Source: an uncultured Candidatus Saccharibacteria bacterium (GTDB lineage: Bacteria > Patescibacteriota > UBA1384 > XYA2-FULL-43-10 > 1-14-0-10-43-13). From it: DNA of 64,000 bases. Where the stretch lies: NCBI GenBank assembly GCA_964543385.1, contig CAZIYE010000001.1, positions 486,755 to 550,754 on the forward strand, in the 5' to 3' direction. How positions within the stretch are numbered: the first letter of the stretch is position 1; each line of letters opens with the position of its first letter. The position numbers and the translations under genes were made by a program. The notes below the pieces were generated by a model. That model saw only the letters and a program-made list of their open reading frames with translations, did no database searches and was not told the origin of the DNA. Shown here one piece after another: positions 25,188-34,252 of the stretch.

Positions 25188-25835
25188 TCATTTTATTTTC
25201 TTCAATTCTTCTAAATAATCTTTTGTCGGCTGATATTCAGGGTCGAGACTTTTGGCTTTTGACAATGCTTTTTCAGCTTTTTCTTTGTACAATTTTCTTG
25301 AACTATCAGTTAGCTCAAGCATCTTGATTGCCTTTAGGTTTGCAATCCCTAAATAGAGCCAAGCGTCCCTATATTTGCCATCTATATTTGTGGCTTTTTC
25401 TGCAGCAATGACGGCATATTGGAATTCGCCGTCCTCGATCAGTTCTTTAGATAACTTTACCGCAGCCGTTTCGTCTTCCTGATCAGCTTTTACTTTTCTA
25501 ATCGTCTTTATTTGAGCATCAAGCTTTTGCTCCTCATAAAATTTATCTAACTTCAATATGTTGGCAGAGCTCTCTTCTGCTAATTTTATTCTATCTTGAG
25601 CTTGTTTTGCTTTCCAAAAAAGGAATAATGATTTGTTGTATTCTAAAATAGCACTTTCGAATTTTTTTTGTTCTAAATAGTTGTCACCTTTTTCAAAATA
25701 ATTTTGCGACCATGATTTGCGCAGTGGCTTAGTAATTAGTCCTAGCGACAAGAGTCCGATAATACAAATAATCAGCCATTTTAAAAAATAGAATGAGAAA
25801 TCATAAGTTTTCTTATCTTTAGTGTTAGCCATCAA
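25188..25835 (-). CDS. TPR-repeat protein with an N-terminal TM anchor
   Basis: A TM helix (LKWLIICIIGLLSLGLI) is followed by TPR-like helical repeats (EYNKSLFLFWKAKQ..., AWLYLGIANLKAIK...). A 4-nt overlap (ATGA) with uppP upstream implies co-transcription. Confidence 0.6.
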   Translation of the reverse strand: MMANTKDKKTYDFSFYFLKWLIICIIGLLSLGLITKPLRKSWSQNYFEKGDNYLEQKKFESAILEYNKSLFLFWKAKQAQDRIKLAEESSANILKLDKFYEEQKLDAQIKTIRKVKADQEDETAAVKLSKELIEDGEFQYAVIAAEKATNIDGKYRDAWLYLGIANLKAIKMLELTDSSRKLYKEKAEKALSKAKSLDPEYQPTKDYLEELKKIK

Positions 25836-26611
25836 ATAAAGAACACCATTAATACTATTGCTGCCAAGAGTATTCTATACCAGAGAAAAATCACAAAATT
25901 ACTTTTTCTAAGGTAATTTAACAAGAATTTAATAGCAAAGAATCCAGCGAGTGCTGAGAAGCCTACGCCAAGGAAAAATGGTAGATTGAGATCTGATACT
26001 TCGAGTTTGCGTGCTTGTATCAGAAAAGCTCCCACCATTGCTGGTGTACCAAGAAGGAAGGAAAATCTAGCGGCATCATCACGTTTTAAACCTAATCCAC
26101 GTGAGGCGATCATGGTGATCCCAGAGCGAGAAACCCCAGGAACTAGAGCTAAACATTGGGAAATTCCAACAATGAATGATTGTGTAAATGTGATTTTGCC
26201 GATCATCTGAGTCGATTTCGCGACTTTGTCAGTTGCCCACAGGAGGATACCAAATATTATCAAGTTTATAGCCAAGAGTAGCGGCGAGTGGAAGTATTTC
26301 TCAACATAATTTTCTAATATTAGTCCGGCAATGGCAGATGGGATGCTGGCTAATATAATTTGCCAAAGAAAGTTCCTTGGCAAATCCGCTGATTGACTCT
26401 TTTTTATCCCAAAAATATTGAGCCAGTCCTTGTGAAAATAACACATAATAGCGATGACAGTGCCTAAATGCAAAGCTGTATCAAAGACCAGCCCATTATA
26501 CTGCCAATTGAATAGATAGGGGAGCAGAACAAGGTGGGCTGATGATGAGATGGGCAGAAACTCTGAAATTCCCTGAGTAATACCCAAAGTTATTGATTGA
26601 AGTAATTCCAT
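25832..26611 (-). CDS. uppP: Undecaprenyl-diphosphatase (BacA/UppP)
   Basis: MELLQSITLGITQGISEFLPISSSAHLVLLP... carries the hallmark UppP N-terminal motif. A second conserved motif is 'PGVSRSGITMIASRGLGL'. The product is ~260 aa with 8 TM. Confidence 0.9.
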   Translation of the reverse strand: MELLQSITLGITQGISEFLPISSSAHLVLLPYLFNWQYNGLVFDTALHLGTVIAIMCYFHKDWLNIFGIKKSQSADLPRNFLWQIILASIPSAIAGLILENYVEKYFHSPLLLAINLIIFGILLWATDKVAKSTQMIGKITFTQSFIVGISQCLALVPGVSRSGITMIASRGLGLKRDDAARFSFLLGTPAMVGAFLIQARKLEVSDLNLPFFLGVGFSALAGFFAIKFLLNYLRKSNFVIFLWYRILLAAIVLMVFFI

Positions 26612-26689
26612 AAAAATATTCTACCTTCTGTCATTGTTTGAGGCAAGTTAGCTCTTTATTTTTATTGTTCTCTCTTCTAGAATAAACTT

Positions 26690-27244
26690 ATGGACACAAT
26701 CTTCGACAAAATTAGGCTTTATGATTATCGCATCTATAAATTTTTTCATGGTGCAATTTACGGCCATCTTTGGATAGGCGATTTTTATTTGTTCTTTGCT
26801 AAATATGGAATTGTACTCTTCTTTCTGGCTTATATTTATTTAATTTTAAAACGTAAAATAGAAGCCTTTATTTGTACCTTTGTCGCTATGGCGATTGCCC
26901 TATCAATTGATCTTATCATTGTGCTCGCATGGAAAAGACCGAGACCGTTTATTAGTCATAGTGATGAGATAATGACACCAATAACGGAGGGCCTTCGTGT
27001 TACTAGCATATCTTTTCCTTCCGTCCATACTTATATTGCTTTTGCTATTGCCACCAGTGTCTTTCTATATGGCCATAAGAGGTTGGGGACACTTTTATTC
27101 TTTTTGGCACTGGCTATAGCGATCAGCCGTGTTGGAGCAGGTCTGCATTACCCGTCTGATATTATTGGTGGAGCATTGCTTGGGATAGCTTCTGGAATCT
27201 TTGCTTATATTATTGTAAGCAGTTCAGAAAAAAGATGGGAATAA
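26690..27244 (+). CDS. PAP2-family (type 2 phosphatidic acid or undecaprenyl-PP phosphatase-like) membrane phosphatase
   Basis: The three PAP2 motifs are present: KRPRPF (KxxxxxxRP), PSVH (PSGH-like) and SRVGAGLHYPSDI (SRxxxxxHxxxD). It is divergently transcribed from uppP. Confidence 0.75.
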   Translation: MDTIFDKIRLYDYRIYKFFHGAIYGHLWIGDFYLFFAKYGIVLFFLAYIYLILKRKIEAFICTFVAMAIALSIDLIIVLAWKRPRPFISHSDEIMTPITEGLRVTSISFPSVHTYIAFAIATSVFLYGHKRLGTLLFFLALAIAISRVGAGLHYPSDIIGGALLGIASGIFAYIIVSSSEKRWE

Positions 27245-27301
27245 GTTTAGTGTAGAGTCAAGAGTACATAGTTAAGAGTATAAAATGCAGAGAGAGTAGC
27301 A

Positions 27302-27682
27302 ATGAATAAATATAAGAATCTAAATGCTTGGAAAGCGGCCAAAAATTTGGCAATCCTTGTTTATCAGATTACTGATAGCCATCCAAAAAAAGAAATATAT
27401 ACGCTAACAAGTCAAACAACTAGGGCCGCTGTTTCAATTCCTGCAAACATTGCCGAGGGAGATTCCAGAAAATCTGGTAAAGATTTTTGCCACTTTCTAG
27501 ATATTGCTATTGGTTCACTTTTTGAACTAGAGACTTTGCTTGAAATTGCTTTTAGCAGAAATTATTTTGATATGGTACAAAAAGACCACTTGGATGTTGA
27601 ATTAGAAAACACGGTAAAACTAATTTATGGTCTAAAGCGTAGTATCAACTCTAAACTCTTAGCCCTAAACTCTCAACTATGA
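27302..27682 (+). CDS. Four-helix-bundle protein (23S rRNA intervening-sequence protein family)
   Basis: NAWKAAKNLAILVYQIT...KEIYTLTSQTTRAAVSIPANIAEGDSRKSGKDFCHFLDIAIGSLFELETLL carries the family's conserved SIPANIAEG and SxxELxT motifs. The gene overlaps the xerC start by 4 nt. Confidence 0.8.
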   Translation: MNKYKNLNAWKAAKNLAILVYQITDSHPKKEIYTLTSQTTRAAVSIPANIAEGDSRKSGKDFCHFLDIAIGSLFELETLLEIAFSRNYFDMVQKDHLDVELENTVKLIYGLKRSINSKLLALNSQL

Positions 27683-28656
27683 AGACTTTGTCTGAATTAA
27701 AACGTGAATTCTTGGAGCATTGTGAGCTTGAGAAGGGGCAATCTGCCTTAACGGTTGATAACTATTCAAGGTATATTGATCGATTCTTGGATTTTCTAGC
27801 TGGCGACGATAGGGCTAGTTTGCAATCTTCTGATATTACTCAAGAGATCATCCACAAGTATCGCTTACACGTGAATCGCCTAAAGGATATGCAAGGGCAA
27901 CCACTCAAGAAATCCACAGAAAACTATCACATGCTTGCTGTGCGCGCATTCTTGCGCTATTTAGCTTGGAGAGGGATTACTTCTCTTTCCCCCGAGAAAG
28001 TTCCTGTAGCTAAATCGGAGGATAGGGAAATTACTTTCCTAGAGGGACAAGAGGTTAAAACTATTATTGATACTCCAAACACAGCAAAGATAAGTGGATT
28101 GAGAGACAGGGCGATATTAGAGTTCCTCTTTTCTACGGGACTTAGGGTATCTGAGCTTGCAAGATTGAATACCGATGATATTAATTCCCAAAGAGGCGAA
28201 ATTTCTGTTTTAGGCAAAGGAAAAAAAATCCGTGTTGTATTTTTATCTTCTGATGCCCTAAATACGGTAGATCAATATTTGAAAAACAGGGGATTTATCC
28301 GACCGGAAGCCGGTACATTTAAGAGAGACCAGCAAGAGCCACTTTTTTTATCTAAAAGGCAGGAACGTTTAACGGTCCGATCGATAGAAAGGATTGTCAA
28401 AAAATATGCAGAAAGAGCTGGCATAACAAAAAAAGTGTCTCCGCATACTCTGAGACACTCATTTGCAACAGATCTTTTGATGGCAGGGGCCGATATTCGT
28501 AGCGTTCAATCCATGCTTGGTCACTCGTCTATAACAACTACACAGGTTTACACTCATGTAACAGATCAACACTTACGAGAAGTGCATCAGAAGTTTCATG
28601 GGAAGAGTCTCGAGCAAGAGCAGACGACAGTCGACAGCCAACCGACGATCGAGTGA
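27679..28656 (+). CDS. xerC: Tyrosine site-specific recombinase XerC/XerD family
   Basis: An N-terminal SAM-like core-binding domain is present (LSELKREFLEHCELEKGQSALTVDNYSRYIDRFLDF). Catalytic-domain motifs are 'TGLRVSEL', 'HTLRHSFATDLLMAGADIRSVQSMLGHSSITTTQVYTHV' (R-H-R-H-Y box). The C-terminal ~25 aa are a Ser/Gln/Thr-rich extension. Confidence 0.9.
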   Translation: MKTLSELKREFLEHCELEKGQSALTVDNYSRYIDRFLDFLAGDDRASLQSSDITQEIIHKYRLHVNRLKDMQGQPLKKSTENYHMLAVRAFLRYLAWRGITSLSPEKVPVAKSEDREITFLEGQEVKTIIDTPNTAKISGLRDRAILEFLFSTGLRVSELARLNTDDINSQRGEISVLGKGKKIRVVFLSSDALNTVDQYLKNRGFIRPEAGTFKRDQQEPLFLSKRQERLTVRSIERIVKKYAERAGITKKVSPHTLRHSFATDLLMAGADIRSVQSMLGHSSITTTQVYTHVTDQHLREVHQKFHGKSLEQEQTTVDSQPTIE

Positions 28657-28693
28657 CATCTGTTGTCTTTTGTCGGTAAGCCGTTGTCTGTTT

Positions 28694-28867
28694 TTATTTG
28701 CTGCTCTCCCACATCTCAAGAACTTCGGCTCTATTCAATTCGAGCTCATCAATTGCAAAACAATCCTGTATTTCTTGTTTTATTTCTTCAATTCGGTGTG
28801 TTGGGGAGTTTACACATACATCGATTTGATTATCCTCGATCTTTTTAACCTTGATTTTTGTTTTCAT
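28694..28867 (-). CDS. Small hypothetical protein (57 aa from MKTKIKVKK...)
   Basis: The ORF lies in the xerC/Mur-ligase convergent spacer. Nothing supports it beyond the open frame and a Lys-rich N-terminus. The ORF-track version begins 23 codons further upstream. Confidence 0.25.
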   Translation of the reverse strand: MKTKIKVKKIEDNQIDVCVNSPTHRIEEIKQEIQDCFAIDELELNRAEVLEMWESSK

Positions 28868-29004
28868 GGCCTTGTTTCTATTAATGGGGTATTCTGGAAA
28901 TTGAATAAGTATATCAAAAATAACACAAATTGTCAAGAGGCTAATTTGCCAACTTTATGTCTTAATATCTAAGAGTTCTTATTTCTGCCACTTTATAATT
29001 ATAT

Positions 29005-30333
29005 CTATTCGTGTCCAAAGCGTGCGTAGAGTTCATTACGGACTACTTCTCTATCAGAAAATGGAGTAAAGGTTGAAGCACCCACAGCCATTACTTCCTC
29101 GGCGCCTTTACCGGTAACTACTATCACATCATTTTTTCTAGCTTCTTTTATCGCCTTATGTATGGCTTGTGAACGGTCAATCACTTTCCAATAATTTCTA
29201 TTTAGGTGCCATTGATGCTTTTTCACAGCTCCCCTATGTATGCCTTCGGCGACTTGTTCCATAATTTCATCAGGGTCTTCGTCATAAGGATCTTCATTTG
29301 TAAAAACTACAAGATCGGCATAATGACCGACCAGCGCCCCCATAATTGGGCGTTTTGTTTTATCTCGTCGTCCGGTAGCACCCAGAACAGCTATTAACCT
29401 TCCTCCGGTATTTTTCATCCCATCGCGTACGGTTTCATAAACATTCTTGAGAGAGTCTGGATTGTGAGCATAGTCAACAATGACGGTTATATCCTGTTTC
29501 TTCGAAACTTTTATCGTTTCCATTCTACCAGGCACCAGGATGACTTTCTCAATCCCGGACTTAATTTTTTCAGGACTTATTTCCAAAGCAAGACCTACAC
29601 AATAAGTAGCTAAGGCATTCTGAACATTAAAAATTCCAGGAAGCTTTAAATTAACAATATTCTGTCCATCATCATGAGCAGCAGTAAAGGTAACACCATT
29701 TGGTGAGGTCAGAATCTTCCTGGCGACTGCCCCGTGGTCTATCATCTTTTTAACAGAATAAAGAAATTTTTCACTTCCGGGCAGGGAATGAAATTTATTC
29801 CAGTTCGCATCATCAGCATTGATCACAAACTTAGCTTGAGGGTTATCTTTAAAGACCTTCATCTTTGCAGATAGATAGGCTTCCTTTGTTTTGTGATAAT
29901 CTAGGTGGTCATGGGAGAGATTTGTGTAGACCAATGTGTCAAATTTGATACCATAAACCCTATTTTGATCAATAGCCTGGGAGGTAACTTCCATAATAGC
30001 GTACTTGCATCCTGCTTTGACTGCTTTTTTTAGAAATTTCTGAACCACATCTGCAGGAGGAGTAGTAACCCAGCGAACCTTAGTCTTATGAGGTGTGACA
30101 GCGTCACCAATTTTTGTATTGATGGTTGTCTCCATGGCATTCTTGAGGCCAGCTTCATCTAATATTGAAGCGATCATATTGCAGACAGTGGTTTTACCTT
30201 TTGTCCCAGTCACCCCTATTACCTTAATTTTTTTAGCTGGATAACCGTTTCTAAAACAGGCTACCTTTGCTTCGAGCTTATGTAATTTATTCTTAGTTTG
30301 CTGATTGAGCATTTTTGATATTAGTTTTTTCAT
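29005..30333 (-). CDS. Mur ligase family protein (MurE/MurF-like peptidoglycan peptide ligase; central plus C-terminal domains)
   Basis: The P-loop is 'KVIGVTGTKGKTTVCNMI'. The Mur ligase C-terminal domain is 'IDRSQAIHKAIKEARKNDVIVVTGKGAEE' (DRxxAI...GKGxE). No MurE/MurF-type N-terminal domain is present, so the specific substrate is not assignable. Confidence 0.75.
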   Translation of the reverse strand: MKKLISKMLNQQTKNKLHKLEAKVACFRNGYPAKKIKVIGVTGTKGKTTVCNMIASILDEAGLKNAMETTINTKIGDAVTPHKTKVRWVTTPPADVVQKFLKKAVKAGCKYAIMEVTSQAIDQNRVYGIKFDTLVYTNLSHDHLDYHKTKEAYLSAKMKVFKDNPQAKFVINADDANWNKFHSLPGSEKFLYSVKKMIDHGAVARKILTSPNGVTFTAAHDDGQNIVNLKLPGIFNVQNALATYCVGLALEISPEKIKSGIEKVILVPGRMETIKVSKKQDITVIVDYAHNPDSLKNVYETVRDGMKNTGGRLIAVLGATGRRDKTKRPIMGALVGHYADLVVFTNEDPYDEDPDEIMEQVAEGIHRGAVKKHQWHLNRNYWKVIDRSQAIHKAIKEARKNDVIVVTGKGAEEVMAVGASTFTPFSDREVVRNELYARFGHE

Positions 30334-30340
30334 GTGGTTA

Positions 30341-31279
30341 TTAATTTCTCCTTATCTTCTCTAATACCTTAAATAACTGATATGAAGTTGGCTTTAATAT
30401 CCGATCATAACAGCCATGAATATCCACTTGGTATCCGCCAAACTGTTTCTTGAAGCTTGTGATCCCCGACCATGGATGTTTCGGGTCGTCGTTGGGTGCA
30501 ATGCCATAAAAATCAAAGGCATCGCAGCCTTTTTCTTTAGCGTCTTGAATCATTTGCCAAACTAGTAAGTTTGGCGCTTTTAAATTGCGGTATTCATTAC
30601 TTGATGCGCCGAACATATATATAGCCTTCTTGCCCGAATAGACAACAATGCCCGATGACAAAACTTTGCATTGGCCATCAGACTTGAGCGTGGAGCTATA
30701 AATCCGAGCATAGCCGCCTTTGCTTAAAATATCAAGTAAACCTTGGAAGTAACCTATGCTTCTATATGTAATGCCATGCCTCTTTCCGGTAATAGAATAT
30801 AGCGAATAAAAGTCATGCAACATCTCGTCGCTATATTCAGTTGATGTAATCTCGACGCCGCTTTTTGCAGCGAGTCGTATATTATATCTACATCTCACAG
30901 ACATCTCGGCTAATAATTCATCCTGATCCTTTGTTATATCTAGGATCCAAGTATTTTCTGGTTGCATGTGCTCAAAAGATTTGGTTAAGCTAGAGTCTTG
31001 AATATTAGTGGTTAGGGATACAGAAATAGGAATATCAAACTCTACTCTGTAAAAAATAGATTTATTTTCTTTTGCGATCTCTTGGATTTTATTCCAGAAA
31101 TTGCTCTTGACTCTTGACTCTTGACTCTTGACTACCATAGGCGAATAAAGCATCGAATAACCAAGAGGAAGATTTTTTTGCAAAACCAAAACACCATCTA
31201 CCCAATAACTTTTCTGGTAGCCTGTTTTGAGTTTAAATTTCTCCCATTCCTCTGATTGAAAGATTGATTGCATAAACAA
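30341..31279 (-). CDS. FemAB-family (peptidoglycan interpeptide-bridge aminoacyltransferase-like, GNAT fold) protein, short form
   Basis: The 312-aa product fits a FemX-like C-terminal GNAT domain ('KAIYMFGASSNEYRNLKAPNLLVWQMIQDAKEKGCDAFDFYGI'). It forms a short operon with the Mur ligase gene and contains a 7-nt x4 repeat near its 5' end. Confidence 0.5.
   Translation of the reverse strand: MFMQSIFQSEEWEKFKLKTGYQKSYWVDGVLVLQKNLPLGYSMLYSPMVVKSQESRVKSNFWNKIQEIAKENKSIFYRVEFDIPISVSLTTNIQDSSLTKSFEHMQPENTWILDITKDQDELLAEMSVRCRYNIRLAAKSGVEITSTEYSDEMLHDFYSLYSITGKRHGITYRSIGYFQGLLDILSKGGYARIYSSTLKSDGQCKVLSSGIVVYSGKKAIYMFGASSNEYRNLKAPNLLVWQMIQDAKEKGCDAFDFYGIAPNDDPKHPWSGITSFKKQFGGYQVDIHGCYDRILKPTSYQLFKVLEKIRRN
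31104..31131. repeat. Perfect tandem heptanucleotide repeat (CTCTTGA)x4 inside the FemAB-like coding sequence
   Basis: 'ctcttgactcttgactcttgactcttga' is seen directly. On the coding (minus) strand it is (TCAAGAG)4, encoding SQESRVKS. A unit of 7 nt is not divisible by 3, so a copy-number change would frameshift. Confidence 0.9.
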
Positions 31280-31386
31280 ATGTTAGCATTAAATAATATT
31301 TTTTTCGAGTGGTCCCTCGCCCAATATATCCACTGACGGTTCGAACTGTTTTCATTGCCAATAGTCTCAAAAAATGTTAAAACAAG

Positions 31387-32610
31387 ATGATGAAAAACAA
31401 AGCAATCAAAATATTGGCTATAGAGACTAGCTGTGACGAGACGGCAGCAGCGGTGATAAGAGAGAATGAGGGGGAGCCAGTTATTTTATCGAACGTGGTC
31501 TCTTCGCAGATTGATCTTCATGCTAAAACTGGTGGTGTTGTCCCAGAGGTTGCAAGCCGAGCCCATATGGAAGCGATAATGCCTGTGATTGCCGAAGCAT
31601 TCATTTCTGCTAATTCTTCCGAAAAGAGTTCCAACGGTGCTATTCCAACCCTCAACTCTAAGCTCTCAACTCTAAACTATAAGGAAACAATCGGATTGTT
31701 TCCTGATATTACTCACATAGCTGTTACTTCTGGTCCCGGTCTTATTGGTTCTCTCTTGGTCGGATTTAATGCTGCAAAGTCTCTATCCTATTCAAGAGAC
31801 TTGCCAGTTATACCTGTCAACCATATAGAGGGTCATATATACTCAGTTTTTGGTCAATTACAAAATGGTCAAGCATTCCCAATATTGGCTCTTACTGTTT
31901 CTGGTGGCCATACGTCTCTTAATTTGATGAAGGGTCATGGTGAATATGAATCTATAGGAGATACTTTAGATGATGCGGTCGGCGAAGCTTACGATAAAGT
32001 AGGAAAGCTTTTAGGACTAGGCTATCCAGGAGGGCCGGCGATTTCTAAACTCGCTCAAGAGTTTAGAAACAGATTTAGCAATTTAGCAATTGGTTCATTT
32101 AATAATTTAATGAATAAATATCCAAATGGACAAATAGCCAAATCACGATCTTTGATCGTGTTTCCTCGTCCAATCATAAATGATGGGACATTTAATTTCT
32201 CCTTTTCGGGTTTAAAGACAGCAGTTCTATCGGAAGTAAAGAAAAATATTACAAAATATAATGTTGAAAATTCAGAAAACATTCCCGAAAATGTCAAAGA
32301 AGAAATAGCTTTTGCTTTTGAAGAAGCAGTTGCTGACGTGCTAGCAGCAAAAACAGTCAAGGCAGTCCTTAAATTTAACCCAAAGACAGTGATTTTTGCT
32401 GGCGGTGTCTCCGCGAATATTTATTTGCAAGATAAAATCAGAAATGCGGTTGTGGGTTGTCAGCTATCTATTGATTTTCTAACCCCGCCTAGAGCATTAA
32501 CTGGGGATAACGCTGCGATGATTGGTATTGCCGCCTTTTATCATATTAAAAGAGGTAACATCAAAAGTTGGGATAAAATTACGGTTGATTCAAATTGGGA
32601 GTTGAATTAA
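31387..32610 (+). CDS. tsaD: tRNA N6-adenosine threonylcarbamoyltransferase TsaD (Kae1/YgjD family) with internal insertions
   Basis: 'ILAIETSCDETAAAVI' is followed by conserved His-His metal-binding 'VNHIEGHIYS' and 'GGVSAN' near the C-terminus. At 407 aa it is ~60 aa longer than typical. The low-complexity insertion 'SNGAIPTLNSKLSTLNYKE' contains an imperfect DNA repeat. Confidence 0.9.
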   Translation: MMKNKAIKILAIETSCDETAAAVIRENEGEPVILSNVVSSQIDLHAKTGGVVPEVASRAHMEAIMPVIAEAFISANSSEKSSNGAIPTLNSKLSTLNYKETIGLFPDITHIAVTSGPGLIGSLLVGFNAAKSLSYSRDLPVIPVNHIEGHIYSVFGQLQNGQAFPILALTVSGGHTSLNLMKGHGEYESIGDTLDDAVGEAYDKVGKLLGLGYPGGPAISKLAQEFRNRFSNLAIGSFNNLMNKYPNGQIAKSRSLIVFPRPIINDGTFNFSFSGLKTAVLSEVKKNITKYNVENSENIPENVKEEIAFAFEEAVADVLAAKTVKAVLKFNPKTVIFAGGVSANIYLQDKIRNAVVGCQLSIDFLTPPRALTGDNAAMIGIAAFYHIKRGNIKSWDKITVDSNWELN

Positions 32611-32705
32611 AGATGGTTTTGGAATTATTACCTTACTTTATATAATATTTCATATCCGGTAAAATTATAAATTAATAATTCTATAACATTAAATTAAAAG
32701 GTATT

Positions 32706-33335
32706 ATGGTCACCACTATCATTGATTTTTTAGCAAATGTTGTTGTTTCGACAATCGATTTTACAGGCTATTTTGGAGTTTTCTTTCTGATGCTTGTAGA
32801 AAGTTGCGGCATCCCGATGCCCTCGGAGGTGATCATGCCATTTTCGGGTTTTTTGGTGGCTGATGGGCGAATGTCTTTTTGGTTAATCGTGTTGGCTGGT
32901 ACTTTTGGTAATCTCGTTGGCTCGTGGCTAGGCTATTGGATAGGAGCAAAGGGAGGGAGACCTCTTATCGAAAAATATGGCAAATATATCCTTATCTCTA
33001 AGCATGATCTAGATTTAGCTGATAAGTGGTTCTCTAAATATGGAGAGTGGACGGTTTTCTTTGGCCGTCTATTGCCTGTGATTCGTACTTATATCTCTTT
33101 CCCAGCGGGGATCGCCAAGATGAATTTTAAGACTTTTTCTGTTTATACCTTCTGGGGAGCATTACCTTGGACAGCACTTTTCGCTTGGCTTGGTGTGAAG
33201 ATGGGTGCAAACTGGGAGATGATCCGCCAAAAGCTCCATACGTTTGATATGTCGATTGCCGTGCTAGTGGTCGTTTGCTTAGTACTATATATTTGGAGAC
33301 ATATCAGAATAATCCAAAAAGAGAAGTCTCAATAA
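32706..33335 (+). CDS. DedA/SNARE-associated family membrane protein
   Basis: 'YFGVFFLMLVESCGIPMPSEVIMPFSGFLV' is the typical DedA N-terminal motif (E..G.P.PsE). The 209-aa product has 4-5 predicted TM. Confidence 0.85.
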   Translation: MVTTIIDFLANVVVSTIDFTGYFGVFFLMLVESCGIPMPSEVIMPFSGFLVADGRMSFWLIVLAGTFGNLVGSWLGYWIGAKGGRPLIEKYGKYILISKHDLDLADKWFSKYGEWTVFFGRLLPVIRTYISFPAGIAKMNFKTFSVYTFWGALPWTALFAWLGVKMGANWEMIRQKLHTFDMSIAVLVVVCLVLYIWRHIRIIQKEKSQ

Positions 33336-33397
33336 TGATCATAAATATGTGAGAGATAATAAAAATAACCCTTGATCTATCAAGGGTTATTTTTATG

Positions 33398-34135
33398 TTA
33401 GAGCTGGGTTGTTGTGGGTGGGATAGGAGATTGGACGGGAGCAGCTGGATTTACCGGAGGATTTGTTGTGGTTATAGATGGTACAGGCTGGCTATCGATT
33501 TGTGCCGGGGGTGTGACCACTGTTGGTTCTACACCGGTAGTAGGAGCTAAGGGATTAGTATCAATAACAGGGGCAGGAGACATAGCAGGAGTTGGGGAAA
33601 ACGATGGTGCTATTGTCTGCTCAGCGATTGGGGTTTCTGGTGCGAAGAGATCGTCAAGACCATCATCGACTATTGGACTTGTCTTAATTTCTGGTACAGA
33701 TAAATCCTCCTGTGGCGGTTGGATCGTTGTTACTATTGGAGTCTCTGGCATAGTAGCATTATTTGTACTTGTTTCTATGTCGGCATGGGGCGTCAAGAGT
33801 GTAGTATCGTTGGTCGATGTATCTGAAATAGTTGTGTTTGATGTGTCGGTAGTAACACTTGATGAGCTTGTGGACACATCCAGTGGATTGCTATCTTTAT
33901 TAACTATTGGATCATCATTTTTAACATCATCCTCAACATCTTCGGGGATAATCATTTTATGGTCTATGCCAGTAAGCTTCTCGAGATGGTGCACCCCTAC
34001 AATTATTGCAGCCGGTTTACCATTCTTTGTTATTACATAAAGATCCTCACTGTCGGTGACAGCATCTATTATTTTATTTAAAGAATCTCTTACTTCCGTA
34101 ATAGGCAATATTTTTTCGACATCCACGTCCAACAT
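33398..34135 (-). CDS. Phd/YefM-type antitoxin-like N-terminal domain fused to a long Thr/Pro/Ser-rich low-complexity C-terminal region
   Basis: The N-terminus 'ILPITEVRDSLNKIIDAVTDSEDLYVITKNGKPAAIIVGVHHLEKL' matches the YefM/Phd fold signature (tEaR..L..ll..v..ge.v.It..GkpvAvlv). The following ~170 aa are rich in T, P, S, D and I. No partner toxin gene is adjacent. Confidence 0.55.
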   Translation of the reverse strand: MLDVDVEKILPITEVRDSLNKIIDAVTDSEDLYVITKNGKPAAIIVGVHHLEKLTGIDHKMIIPEDVEDDVKNDDPIVNKDSNPLDVSTSSSSVTTDTSNTTISDTSTNDTTLLTPHADIETSTNNATMPETPIVTTIQPPQEDLSVPEIKTSPIVDDGLDDLFAPETPIAEQTIAPSFSPTPAMSPAPVIDTNPLAPTTGVEPTVVTPPAQIDSQPVPSITTTNPPVNPAAPVQSPIPPTTTQL

Positions 34136-34252
34136 AGAACCTCCAAGAGTTATTTATTTATCAATTGATCATTAAACCATTTTTCATTAATTTGTCATTT
34201 ATAATTTTACATTTATTTTAAAAATTAATAAATCCCTGATACAATTAAAGAA

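Noticed and set aside
33414-34040. 208-aa plus-strand Gly/Thr/Val-rich ORF
   Set aside because: It is antisense to the Thr/Pro-rich tail of the YefM-like gene. The composition is the reverse-complement image of that low-complexity region, so it is a shadow ORF.
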